A stretch of DNA of 64,000 nucleotides from Glaciihabitans sp. GrIS 2.15. Lineage in GTDB: Bacteria; Actinomycetota; Actinomycetes; Actinomycetales; Microbacteriaceae. Below the pieces are notes generated by a model. That model was not told the origin of the DNA. It saw only the letters and a list, made by a program, of their open reading frames with translations, and ran no database searches. Every line of letters starts with the position of its first letter. Position 1 is the first letter of the stretch. The stretch is taken from positions 264,590 through 328,589 of the forward strand of contig NZ_JAXCHU010000001.1 of assembly GCF_035984695.1 (NCBI RefSeq), read 5' to 3'. This document shows positions 32,441-43,369 of the stretch, one piece after another. Position numbers and translations under genes: made by a program.

Positions 32441-32624
32441 ACACGATAGTCGAACTCTAGGCAATTGCGATCGGCACGGCTGTCACGCTAGCAGCACCCC
32501 GAGAGGACCACAGCTTCGCGCAGCCGTGCCGTGCGCGGTCGATACAGCCCAGAAGATAATCAGCGTAATGTCCTACAGGAGACAGGGTGGCGAGATTCTC
32601 AATGGATAAGGATGATTTCGATCC

Positions 32625-33122
32625 TTACTCCAGTGAATCGATTAACTGCGCTTGATCAAGGTCGAGCTTCCGTCGAATTTCCTCGGCGATAGTTCTGACA
32701 GTTGTCAGTGGTGGTAGGTGTTTTTCTGCATCCTTGGTGAAGAATCCCAGCGGCTGGTCCGGAAAGAAACTACTCGTAACGACCACGGCGGGGATAAAAT
32801 ACCCGTTTCCATTGTCGAGAAGTTCCGCTTCCACGCGTGACACTTTCTCTATGCGCACATAGCAATAAGGAGATGAACCTCCACGGTAGAGGACGATGTC
32901 AGCGCCATCGGTGGCGAGCGTTGCGAAGAATCCGTTGAAGGCGAGTACCCAGTAGACGGGTAACCCAACACCCTTCATCGTTGCCGAAGTTGGCATGGGT
33001 ACGGTGACGCTGTAAGCCATCTCCGTCGGGTGGAGCGCTTTCACTGCTCGCAAGCGGGAACCTGCGCGAGGCGAATACCAACACATATTTTGATTCTCCG
33101 GCACGACCGGGACGCTCATCAT
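32625..33122 (-). CDS. hypothetical protein, last gene of the lower-GC ABC transporter operon
   Basis: 165 aa. GC is visibly lower than the genome average. No motif recognised. Confidence 0.4.
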   Translation of the reverse strand: MMSVPVVPENQNMCWYSPRAGSRLRAVKALHPTEMAYSVTVPMPTSATMKGVGLPVYWVLAFNGFFATLATDGADIVLYRGGSSPYCYVRIEKVSRVEAELLDNGNGYFIPAVVVTSSFFPDQPLGFFTKDAEKHLPPLTTVRTIAEEIRRKLDLDQAQLIDSLE

Positions 33123-33225
33123 CAGATAGCCAAGAAAGAAACTGATCAGCCGCGAGACACTAGGAGATAGTCCCGCGCATGGCAGCGCCTGTCCATCAGG
33201 CAGGCAGGTAGACAGGCAGTTCAGG

Positions 33226-34445
33226 TCAGCGTTGCCGGGCGAAGACCGTCTTCAGTGACACTTTTTTTGAGTACTCGATCGATCCGTAGCGGAATAGTTG
33301 GACCGCTATGCGGAGGACGATGATCCCGAGGCCGAAGAGTTCGACGATGACGATGGTTGATTCCAGTGGGCTGAGGGACCCGAACCCGTTGCGGAGCATC
33401 GCCGTGACCGGGGCTGAGTAGGGGAAGTAGGTGAACAGTTTCACGATGAAGAAGTGCGGGTCGGAGACGACGAGGGTGACGGCGTAGAACGGGACGAAGA
33501 TCAGGGCCATCATGATGCCGAAGATCTGGCCAGCCTCTTTCGCTGTCGGCATGATCGCCCCAACGGCCACAAGGGTGCCGGTGAACAGGGTGAAGCCCCC
33601 AATGAGAAGCAGCGCACCGACGATCATCTGTCCCGGGTTAATGTTCAGGGAAGCCAGGTCCAACGAGGGCAGGTTCAGCTGGGTGCGGAAGAACAGGTAT
33701 CCAATGATCACGGGCACGGCGAAGGTCAGCATTTGTACGACGCCGATGATAAAGAGGGCGATCACCTTCCCGACAATCAAGGTGGTCGGGTTCAAGGTGG
33801 TAAGGATCATTTCCGTGACCCTGTTCTCCTTTTCCTCCAAGGTGGAGTTCAGCATCTGGTTTCCCAGCAACAAGATCACCAGGTAGAAGACGACGAGGAA
33901 CAACAGGGGAGGGATGACCCCGCCGATGTCTCCGGATATTTTTCCGTTCTTATAGGTGGTTGCATCGACCGGGAGCCTGCCTTGAACCAAGGTGGTCAGG
34001 GTCGGGTCCCCAATCTTCCCCTGGGCGCTGGCGACCAACAGTTGGGTGGCGAGAGCGGAGTACTTCCCATTTTGAAAATCCCTTCGTCGGTGCCATAAAC
34101 CTTGGTGTGTTGTTTGGTCGGGTCAGTCGAATAGACGAAGTACGCATCGAGGGTTCCGGCCTTCACCGCAGCAATCGCCGCCGCCTGATCGCTCGCCACC
34201 GTCCCACCGAAGCCAGATGCGATCGACGGGTTCACCAACCCGGACATATCACTGTAGGTGAAGGTCAGTTTCGCGTCCTTCTGCGCGGTGACGCTGTTAT
34301 CGGTGGACGTATTGGACAACACCACCAGCACGATAACGATCGCCCCAATGATGGGGACGATCAGGGTCGAGATCCAAAACCTGCGCTTGGTGAGAGTACG
34401 GACAACTTCGAAGCTGATGACGGTGCTGAGGTTGTGTTGGACCAT
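33226..34445 (-). pseudogene. ABC-2 type (NatB-like) transporter permease, frameshifted
   Basis: N-terminal piece 33996..34445 (TM + extracytoplasmic domain) and C-terminal 5-TM piece 33226..34038 are in different frames. The junction is at an A-run (34066-34075 TTTTGAAAAT). A -1/+1 correction gives ..GIFKNGKYSALATQLLVASAQGK... Confidence 0.7.
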
Positions 34446-34447
34446 GA

Positions 34448-35388
34448 TCAGACTCCCACCAGTTCGTTCTCGTCGCCGTAGACCTGAACGAAAATGTCAT
34501 CCAGGCTGAGTTTGCTGGTGGCGAAGTTGCGAACCAACACCCCGGCGTCGACCAAATCCTTCAGAATCACTGCTTCGTCGGCGTTGTCGGCAACGGTCAG
34601 TTCGGCGTAGTTCCGCTCCTGAGTGGTGATGTCGTAGTGCGGGGAAGTAGGGATAGTTCCGCTGTAGGTCATCCGGATCATCGTCCCGCCGTACTTGTTT
34701 TGCACCTCAGGGATCGTCCCATACGCTTCAGCCCGACCGTCTTTCAGCCCGACCGTCTTTGAGCAGGATCACCCGGTCGCAGAGGCGTTCGACTTCTTCC
34801 ATCTGATGGGTGACCATCAGCACGGTGGCGCCGTGCTTTTTCTGGTCGTCGATGATTTCCATCAGTAACCGTCGATTTACCGGGTCGAACCCCTTCGTCG
34901 GCTCATCCAAAATCAACAACTCCGGGTTGTTCATGATCGTCACCCCAGTTGGATCTTCTGCTGCTCCCCACCAGAAAGTTTGTCGAGGCGGAGCTTCGCC
35001 TTGCTGCCCAACGCCACCGGGTCCAAAAAGTCCAACGACCAGGCTGTGGCGTCTCGTTTGCCGAGGCCCTTCAGCCGGCCGAAGTAGGTCATCACGTCGA
35101 TGACGGACTCTTTCTTGTACAGTCCGCGTTCTTCGGGCAGGTAGCCAAGGCGATCACCGTTTTCGGGGGAGAACGGTCTCCCACCGATGTGGAGGGTCCC
35201 AGCGGGGGAATGTAAATCCCGAGCAACGCCCGGATCGTGGTTGTCTTCCCCGATCCGTTCGAACCCAGGAAGCCGAACGTTTCCCCCTGGTGGATGTCGA
35301 AGGACAGATCCCGGATAACGGTCGTGGCACCGAAATCCTTTCGGAAACTATCGATGTGGACGAGGGGTTCCGAGTGGGTGCGATCCAT
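34448..35388 (-). pseudogene. ABC transporter ATP-binding protein (NatA-like), disrupted by two 1-nt deletions and a 16-bp tandem duplication
   Basis: Walker A (GSNGSGKTTTIR) in 35092..35388. Signature LSGGEQQKIQLG in a second frame. Walker B/H-loop (LLILDEPT; TVLMVTHQ) in 34728..34943. C-terminus in 34448..34705. Perfect 16-bp tandem duplication CAGCCCGACCGTCTTT at 34729..34760. Confidence 0.8.
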
Positions 35389-35603
35389 GTACCCAACTCA
35401 CCGACCTGACCATCTCTCAGACCGCGACAACAAAGCTCATTAGTCCGAGAACAACCCTCCTCTTGCTTGATCGAGCAGGTTGGACAACGCGCCGCCGTTG
35501 AAGCCGAGCTAAACGAAGAGCCGATGCGGGCCGAGCTGGCGGAAATGAATCGGAAAATCGATCACCTCACCGGGCTGCTGGAAAACTTGAGCAACCCGAC
35601 CGG

Positions 35604-35807
35604 ACGTTAGGTGTAAAAGACGGTCACCCCGCCATGCTGGGAGCATGCCCCTTGATGGTGGGTGGCGAATGAGTAGGTGCCGTCGTTGCACATCGCGGTC
35701 GCACCACCCGGGACCGCAGGCGCAGCAGGCGCTGCAGGCGCCGGTGCGGGAGCAGAAGTTGGGGCGGGCATAGGCGCGGCCGGTGCAGCCGGTACGACAG
35801 CTGGTGG
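35604..35807 (-). other. in-frame continuation after the TAG stop: Pro/Ala linker plus DUF3761-like domain
   Basis: Same frame, immediately after the stop: PPAVVPAAPAAPMPAPTSAPAPAPAAPAAPAVPGGATAMCNDGTYSFATHHQGACSQHGGVTVFYT*. The CNDG..S.S....G.CS.HGGV pattern is the DUF3761 signature. Confidence 0.55.
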
Positions 35808-36449
35808 CTATTGCCCGACGATATAGGTTTCGTAAGCAATCCACCAGTTGGTGGCGATCGCGCTTTGTGCGGTGGCCAGCTGAATAGTTCCCGCGCATAC
35901 AAGTGCGCGCAACTTGTTCTCGAGCTGATCTTTCACCCGCGCCCCATCAGGAGAGCTATAAGGCTCCGGCCATAAGTTCAATGGCGACGTCGGAGACCCG
36001 CCCAGTTCCAGGCTAATGAGGTGGTCCTCTTCATAGTCGCCCGTCGCCGTGTCGCCGCCGCGCGAGTACCCGGTGGCCAGCTGCTGTTTCTTCAACCCAG
36101 TCGTATAGGTGGCGGGCGGCCTGATCGTTGCCGTCCACCCCTTCACACAAATCGTCGAGTCGATATCAGCCTGCGTGACATTCGTGTTCGTGGCACCGGG
36201 TGTTCGAACTGGGTTCGGCAATACTGCACCCGACAACGGGTCGACGATTTCAGCCCCAACCCCGACCTCTTTCGCGCTTGGGGCCGGCGAAGAGGAGCCG
36301 GACGCCATAGTCGATAAGGTGCCGGGTGCTGCAATGGGCGTCGTCGTCGAACTCGCATCGGTCGCAGTCACCGCGCCTGTGGAGCACCCGGTCAAAGTCA
36401 GGGTCACTGCGACACACAGACCGATGGCACCACGCCAACCGTTCAACAT
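35808..36449 (-). CDS. secreted lipoprotein with HNH/His-Me-finger nuclease-like motif; truncated by an in-frame TAG
   Basis: Lipobox LTLTGCS. Motif EEDHLISLELGGSPTSPLNLWPE resembles the HNH D-H-(I/L)-x-P-L-x-x-G-G pattern. Terminates at TAG (complement of 35808-35810). Confidence 0.6.
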   Translation of the reverse strand: MLNGWRGAIGLCVAVTLTLTGCSTGAVTATDASSTTTPIAAPGTLSTMASGSSSPAPSAKEVGVGAEIVDPLSGAVLPNPVRTPGATNTNVTQADIDSTICVKGWTATIRPPATYTTGLKKQQLATGYSRGGDTATGDYEEDHLISLELGGSPTSPLNLWPEPYSSPDGARVKDQLENKLRALVCAGTIQLATAQSAIATNWWIAYETYIVGQ

Positions 36450-37099
36450 TCGCCTCGATCCCTGTTTTGCAGCTGCCCAATCGAAGCATGCCTCACCCCG
36501 TCCGACGTGGCAAGCTCCCTACCGTGCCTCGACCGATTGCCGTTCCCCTATCGGAGGACGGAGTGTGTCACTTCAACCACTTCGATCGCACCCAAACGTC
36601 GGCGTCTTCGTAGCCTTACCACGTTCAAGCACCATCAGCTCGACTACTAGAGCCTTCGCGTCGTTGTGTTTCCGGCAGCCGCCATTTCAGTGGCGTGCAG
36701 GTCGTGCACGCTGAGACGGTGTGGCGGAAGAGCAATTAATGGAGAGACCAGACCTACCCCGCTGTGGACATCGCGTGGCGCGGCCGAAAGCTTTCGACCA
36801 TCCGGCTGAGTGAGTATCGCTCGATCGGTCCCCGCAAGGCTGACGTGTTTGGCCCCTCGGAATTGTCTGATGCCAGATTCTCGGTAGCGCCCACTTTGCA
36901 GCAACACAGCAGCGCGTCGGAGGCACCTGAACCGGCAGTACCCTCTCGGGGTTGGCTATCAATGCGAGCCGCGTCGACTTTCAGATTCCACGATGGAGGA
37001 TACATCCACGGGAAATAGTTTGATCTGCTCGAGAACCATACAGGGGTTACCCAAATCCGTGCGACCCAGCCGCTCCTGCAACCGGATTATTGCGAACCG

Positions 37100-39219
37100 G
37101 TGGTGAAGGTGAATCCCCACAAACCATCCGCATCCGATGTCCCCTCAGGACTCGCCGGAATGACCTTGTTCAGCGTCTTCGCGGCCGTTCTCATCGTGAT
37201 GATGGTGATCCCTGTCCTGGGCGTGACGAGCAATGTTGCTAAGACAGGGTTTAGCTTTTTCAACGACCTGCCGTCCTATATCCAGTTGGGCAAACTCTCG
37301 CAAGCGAACACGATTTACGCAACACGTGGTGGGTCGCCATCGTTGATCGCGACAATCTACGACCAGAACCGAGAGGACGTTGCGTGGGGGGCGTTTCGCC
37401 TTACTCGAAAGACGCCGCGGTCGCTGGTGAGGATCGACGCCTCTATCAGCACGGCGGAGTCGATGTGCCGTCCGTCGCTCGAGCGGCGATCGGCAACGTG
37501 GTGCACGGCGCGATAACCAGCGGAAGCTCCACTCTCGATATGCAACTCGTCAAGAACATTCTTGTGCAGCAGTCATTGCAGATCTCGAACGCGACCCTTC
37601 GGAAGGTCGACTATCAGGCGGCTATTGCCGACACCCTTTCTCGCAAAGTCAGAGAGATGAAGCTAGCGATTGGGCTCGATAAAAAGTACAGCAAGCAGGA
37701 GATCCTGCTGGGTTATTTGAACATCACCGGGTTTGGAGGCAACACCTACGGTGTGCAGGCGGCGTCGCGTCAATACTTCAGCGTGGACGCAAGTCAAGTC
37801 ACGATCGCTCAGGCGGCGAGTTTGATTGGCATCGTGCAGCAGCCGTCCTACCAGAATCTGGCAACTTCGAAGGACTACGCAGCCAACAAGGTGCGCCGTA
37901 ACCAGATCCTCAAGGACATGTACAGCCAGAAGTTCATCTCCAAAGCACAGCTCGCTGTTGCGCTCTCGACGCCGATTGCGGCAAAAGTCAAACTCAGCAC
38001 AGTGAACAGCGGATGCCTCTACGCGTCGGATGCCAAGTGGGCCTGTGACTACCTTCAGCGACTCGTTCCCACCCTCAGTTCGCTCGGAACGTCTGCCGCC
38101 GACCGCACGCGCCGATGGGCGCGAGGCGGTTACCAGATCTGCACCAGCATCGACCTGGCCCAGCAGGATGTGGCGCGAGCCGCGGTCCGGGCCGATGCGC
38201 CCGCGAGCGAATCACGCTTTGCGTTGGGCGCTTCGGCTGTCTCCATCCAGCCCGGCACCGGCCGCATCTTGGTCATGACGCAGAACAAGGCGTTCGACAA
38301 CTCAGGGCCCGACGGCGGTCCAACGACAACGGCGATCAAATTCAACACGGATCGGAGCCTCGGCGGATCCTCGGGATCCCAAACCGGATCCACCTACAAG
38401 ATCTTCACTCTCGCCGACTGGTTGCAGAATGGGCATAGCCTGAACAAGGTCGTCAACGGAACATCCCGGACATTTCCGCAGTCGAGCTTCAAAGCCTCCT
38501 GTTCTGCACCGTTTGTTGGGGCGTACTCGCCGAAGAACGACGCCACGGGTGAGGGCGGACCGATGAGCGTCATCACGGCAACACAGAACTCGGTCAACGC
38601 CGCCTTCGTGACCATGGCCCAGCAACTGGACCTCTGCAACATTCGAGACGTCGCCCAGTCAATGGGTGTCCACCGCGCCGATGGAAGCCCCCTTGTCGTG
38701 ACACCCTCTTCCGTCCTCGGAGTGAACGAAATTGCGCCTCTCACGATGGCCGGCGCGATTGCGACCATCGGCTCCGGGGGAACATACTGTGCGCCAGTCA
38801 TCGTCGACCGGATCGTCGACCCGGTCGGAGCCTCTCTTGCCGGCCAGAGGCCGCACTGTACTCGCGCCCTCACGCCGCGCATGGACAACGCTGTTGCCTA
38901 CACGCTGGCCACCGTCATGCAACGGGGTACCGGAACCGCCGGTAACCCCCACGATGGTGTTCCGCTCGTGGGCAAGACCGGCACCACGGACGTAGCGGAT
39001 CAGAACTGGCTCATCGCGACGACAACGAAAGTGTCCCTCGCCGTCTGGGTGGGAAACACCCAGGGACATCAGAACCTTCGCAAGATCACGCTCGCCGGAA
39101 CAAACGGCTACAACACCAAGTTCAACATCTTCAAAACGACGATGAAATCGCTCGATAGGGACCCGCTCTACCGGGAAACAGAATTTCCGGTGCCAGACCA
39201 GTCCCTCCTCACCGGCTGA
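37100..39219 (+). pseudogene. class A penicillin-binding protein (transglycosylase/transpeptidase, PBP1-type), frameshifted in a G6 run
   Basis: N-terminal TM + start of GT51 domain in 37100..37516 (..IATIYDQNREDV). Remainder in 37384..39219 (GT51: EDRRLYQHGGVD; TPase: STYKIF, SVN, KTGT). The frames join if the G-run at 37386-37391 had 7 Gs instead of 6, giving ..EDVAWGGVSPYSKD.. Confidence 0.75.
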
Positions 39220-39469
39220 AAAATTCCGGCGCTCATAATCATCGGCAAACACCGAGCCGCGGCACACTCGCGAGAAAGGGCCGCTCGGCGGCATCCGCTA
39301 GACGCTCCAAGGCTTCGGGCCGTGCGACCCAGCGATCCTCGAGCAGGAACCGTGTAAGATTGATAACAGAATCGTCCCCCGCCGGGCAGACCTCGCATTC
39401 CCGAACCGTGCCGGGCCCAAGGCAACCGCTGAGGCAACTGCGGCGGACCGTTGCAGGTGGGACAATCCC

Positions 39470-40047
39470 ACTGCTCACCGTGCGTTTGTTCGGACTGTTC
39501 CTCTCCAAGTCATGCGCGGTCACCGCCTTAGCTCTGAGTGTTGATCGTGCGCTGAGCCTGGTTCACCCGATTGCGGCTACGGATGTCACGCTCGTCATCT
39601 ACAAACTCTGCCCCCGTCCCGGGGAGATCGGTCTCACCGTCGTGGTCGCGTTGATCACCTGGGTGGCGGCCCGCAACGGGCGCTCGGCACTGACCTTCGG
39701 GGTCGTGGCCGCCCGTACTGACTGCGCAGCGACGCTGCGAAAATGCTGGTTAATCGCCCGCGTCCACCCGCCGCTGCGCTTGCCCACTCCTTCTTCCCCA
39801 CGCCACCGGATGCGTCGTTGCCGAGCGGTCACGTCGTATTCGTCGCGTGGATCGCGATGGCCCTCGCGTTCCACACCCGCCACAGCGCGCCTGGCGAACC
39901 ATTGTGGTCGCCTGTCGAGTTGCCGGCACGATCCTGGTGGCCGTCGCGGTTATCGACTTGGGGGAGTGCACCCTCCTGCTCGCCGTCTGGAACCCGTTCG
40001 TGATCCCGCGGACCCATCGATCGCCGGTGGCTATGCTCGGTAGGTGA
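39470..40047 (+). pseudogene. PAP2-family phosphatase remnant (frameshifted, catalytic motif 3 degenerate)
   Basis: Motif 1/2 region KMLVNRPRPP...SLPSGHVVFVAWIAMALAF is in frame 2 (from 39740). Upstream TM region is in frame 0, with the junction at AAAA 39740-39743. Downstream segment is in frame 1, ending GR* and overlapping the ClC start. Confidence 0.4.
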
Positions 40048-41294
40048 TGCTCCCGCCCCAACCGGCCCCCTCGTGGTTGATTCGGATGGTCGTCGTGACG
40101 GCGTTGGTGGGGATCGGAGCGGGGATTGGTGGCTTGGTCGTGAGTGCCGCGCTCCACGGCATCGAGCACCTCGCCTACGGCTATTCGGTCGGCACGTTTC
40201 TCGACGGCATTAGCCAGGCGCCACCCCAGCGGAGGGTCGCAGTGCTCGCCATTGCGGGCGTCATCGGGGGCGTGGGGTGGTGGGCACTACGCCGCTGGGG
40301 CGCCCCGATCGTGCCGGTCGAGCAGAGCATCGCCGGCCGGCGGATGCCTCCGCTGTCGACGGTTATCAATACCGGGCTTCAGGTGATCATCGTGGGCCTC
40401 GGCGCATCCATCGGTCGAGAGGTGGCCCCGCGGGAGCTGGGAGCGGCAATCGCCGGATGGCTGAGCGACAAGGCCGGGGTCACGTCCCGCGAGCGGCGGA
40501 TCCTGGTCGCTTGCGGGGCCGGTGCGGGCCTCGCCGCGGTGTACAACGTTCCCCTCGGGGGTGCGCTCTTTGCGGTCGAAATACTGCTGGCGGAGATCAG
40601 CTTCGCCACGGCCCTTCCCGCCCTGGCCACCGCAGCCATTGCAACCATCGTGGCTCGGATCGACGTTGCCTCGACACCGCTGTACACAATGCCGCGCTTC
40701 GACCTGTCCCCGTCACTGTTCGTCTGGGCCGTGCTGGCCAGCCCGGTGTTCGGGTTCACCGCACTCGGTTTCGTTCGCCTCGTGAGACTCATGGAAGGCA
40801 TTCGGCCACGATCGTGGAGGATCGTCGTCGTGATGCCCCTCGTCTTCACCGCAGTCGGGCTGATCGCTATTCCATTCCCGGCCGTTCTGGGCAACGGAAG
40901 AGCATTGGGACAGACTGCCTTTTCGGCACTGATGCCGATCGGTATGATTGCCGTTCTTGCCGTGATAAAGGTCCTCACCACCACAGCCACGATCGGCAGT
41001 GGCGCAGCGGGCGGCACGCTGACACCGTCTCTGGCGATCGGAGCGTGCTTGGGCGCGGCCCTCGGCGGCGTGTGGGAGCTGGCCTGGCCGGGGGGACCGG
41101 TGGCGGCATTCGCCTTTGTCGCGGCAGCGGCGTTTCTCGCATCGACCATGCGCGCCCCGTTCACGGCGATCGTGCTCGTAGTTGAGTTCACGAACCAGGG
41201 ACCCGCACTATTGGTGCCGACGATGCTGTGTGTGGCCGGGGCGGTGACAGTGAGCTACCTGCTGACGCGGTGGCGGGTCACAGGAGTCGCCTGA
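40044..41294 (+). CDS. ClC-family voltage-gated chloride channel / H+-Cl- antiporter
   Basis: 416 aa. ClC selectivity motifs GREVAP (GxEGP-like) and GAGAGLAAVYNVPLGGALFAVEIL. 10+ TM helices. Confidence 0.8.
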   Translation: MMLPPQPAPSWLIRMVVVTALVGIGAGIGGLVVSAALHGIEHLAYGYSVGTFLDGISQAPPQRRVAVLAIAGVIGGVGWWALRRWGAPIVPVEQSIAGRRMPPLSTVINTGLQVIIVGLGASIGREVAPRELGAAIAGWLSDKAGVTSRERRILVACGAGAGLAAVYNVPLGGALFAVEILLAEISFATALPALATAAIATIVARIDVASTPLYTMPRFDLSPSLFVWAVLASPVFGFTALGFVRLVRLMEGIRPRSWRIVVVMPLVFTAVGLIAIPFPAVLGNGRALGQTAFSALMPIGMIAVLAVIKVLTTTATIGSGAAGGTLTPSLAIGACLGAALGGVWELAWPGGPVAAFAFVAAAAFLASTMRAPFTAIVLVVEFTNQGPALLVPTMLCVAGAVTVSYLLTRWRVTGVA

Positions 41295-41297
41295 ACC

Positions 41298-42251
41298 TCA
41301 GCGCCGAGGCGCGGGCTGCACCGTTTCCTCGGCTGCGCTCGAACCCACGGCCGCGCTCAGTCCAGTGTTCCCGGCAGGCGGCGCACCTCGATGCTCCCGG
41401 GGCACCCATCCGTCCCGCAAGACCGAGAGCTCGTCCTCGGGGTGCCGTCGGGTCTGGACGACGAAGAGGGTGATGCCGAGGGCGATCGCGACGAATGATG
41501 CCCACACGTTGGCGGGGATGCCGAGGAAGCCGTCGCTCGTCGGGTCGATGCGGATCGCCTCAAGCCAACTGCGGCCGAGCCCGTACCAGATGAGATACAC
41601 GGCAAAGGACCGACCCCAGCGCAGATGCAGCTTGCGCTCCAGGAGCAGGATGATGGCGACACCGATCAGGTTCCAGATGATCTCGTACAGGAACAGCGGG
41701 TGGAACAGAGTGCCAGCGGCAAGTCCGGGCGGGAACTTGGCGTTGGTGGCTTCGATCTGCAGGCCCCAAGGAAGGGTGGTCGGTAATCCGAAGAGTTCGT
41801 GGTTGAAGTAGTTCCCGAACCGACCGAGGGACTGTGCGACGAGCATCGCCGGGGCGAGTGCGTCGGCGAAGGACCAGAACCGGATACCGTGTCGACGGCA
41901 GCCGATGTAGGCGCCGATGGCACCGCCGAGCAGTGAGCCGTAGAGGGCGTTGCCGCCGTCCCAAATCGCGAAGACATTCCAGAGATTGGCGCCCGAGAAG
42001 AAGTAATCTCCGACGTGGGTGAACACGTGATAGAACCGGGCGCCAACGATACCGATCGGTACAGCCCAGAGGATGATGTCGAGCACCACGCCGTTCGGCG
42101 CGCCGCGGCGCGACAGGCGCCGCTGGGTGATGATCACGGCCGCGATGATCCCGGTCAGAATGCAAATGGCATAGGTGTGAATCGTCAGTGGACCCAGGTG
42201 GAACTGGGACCACTCGGACGGGGGGCTGGGGATACTCGTCAGCACAATCAT
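41298..42251 (-). CDS. lgt: prolipoprotein diacylglyceryl transferase
   Basis: 317 aa. Lgt signature GxxxGARxxxV region (WAVPIGIVGARFYHVF). FGNYFNHELFG. Pro-rich C-terminal tail as in actinobacterial Lgt. Confidence 0.85.
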   Translation of the reverse strand: MIVLTSIPSPPSEWSQFHLGPLTIHTYAICILTGIIAAVIITQRRLSRRGAPNGVVLDIILWAVPIGIVGARFYHVFTHVGDYFFSGANLWNVFAIWDGGNALYGSLLGGAIGAYIGCRRHGIRFWSFADALAPAMLVAQSLGRFGNYFNHELFGLPTTLPWGLQIEATNAKFPPGLAAGTLFHPLFLYEIIWNLIGVAIILLLERKLHLRWGRSFAVYLIWYGLGRSWLEAIRIDPTSDGFLGIPANVWASFVAIALGITLFVVQTRRHPEDELSVLRDGWVPREHRGAPPAGNTGLSAAVGSSAAEETVQPAPRR

Positions 42252-42559
42252 CGGTCGCCTTTCAAAAAATGCAGAGCTCTGTCTCCCCTACTCCCCGGCT
42301 CCATCATCGCCCACTTCCCCAGGTAGCCGACCTGACAAGTTGCTGACAAGACACGCACGTAAGCCTCGCCAACCGATTATGGTTTTGCGCGGCGGGGGAC
42401 AGATTGAACGTGCGCGCGCAGATCCGACGAGGCCGGGCTCATCGAGCGGAGGCTGTTCTGGCAGACCAGGATGATCACGCACGGGTCGAGGATGGTGTCG
42501 TTAAGCTCATCGGAAAAGGTGCCGTCCCGGCGTGCGACCGAACGGCGGGTCCCTGCACG

Positions 42560-42766
42560 ACCGCGTGGATGGCGGTGTCTGGTCCGAGTTCGACAGCGGC
42601 GTTCCGCGCACTGCCAAGCTTCTCTAAAGACTTCACGGCACGGACCGCCGTGCTGGAGTGCATCCAAGTTTGGTGTAACAGCCGAAGGCCCCACAACCAC
42701 AACGGCGGCATTTGCCCTGGCGCAGTTCGAAGCTGCAGATGGTGGGGTCGGTGGCGCCCAGCGTGA
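42560..42766 (+). mobile_element. IS3/IS481-type transposase C-terminal remnant
   Basis: ..TARTAVLECIQVWCNSRRPHNHNGGICPGAV.. matches the conserved integrase-core tail W.N..RPH..LGG.TP. No intact upstream ORF. Confidence 0.35.
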
Positions 42767-43369
42767 CCTTGGCGGGTCGGTTCGAGGCGATTGCTTCGTG
42801 ACGGACCAACTTCTGTAGTCCTCACCACAACAGCTTGCGCTTGCTACGTTCGAGTGTTGACAAACGGGTCGGGCTACCAGGGCGGCCGAACTTCGCCGCG
42901 ATAGGCAAGCCGACGTGTTTTTCAAGATCACGTTTTTTCGCCGTTACTCGTGGCGCTCTCGCCCCAACCAGACCAACTGCACTGCGTGATCGGTATTCGC
43001 ATCCAACACCAGGCGAACCGCTCGGGTGACGTCCCGGTGGGTGGTGTCTCTGAGTCGGTCTGATCCTTCGGTTTGTTGGGCGCTGAGGTTTTGGAGGTGT
43101 GTGGTCGCCTTCTTGGGTTGGTTGGCGCCGGCGGATTGAGAGTGGGTAGGGGCTCCGTGGCCGAGATAGCGGCGGGATCCGTCGTGTTGACGGCGAGGAA
43201 AGTGCCGATCAGGCGTGCCAACTGTAAAGGGCTTGCGACCCAAGGTAGTGATCCGGCTGGGCGACCTTTGCGTTGGCCGCCCAGCCATAGGGTTACGCGG
43301 GGATCAGTAAGACGTTGTCGAATACGAGCCCTTGTCCTCCCGCCGCCCCACCGAGGGAGCAAATACGGA

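Noticed and set aside
32603-32656. 17-codon ORF MDKDDFDPYSSESINCA with an upstream SD-like sequence
   Set aside because: Too short to support. Overlaps the end of the 165-aa minus-strand gene. No conservation evidence available.
36109-36714. 201-aa plus-strand ORF
   Set aside because: Antisense to the HNH-like lipoprotein gene. No features.
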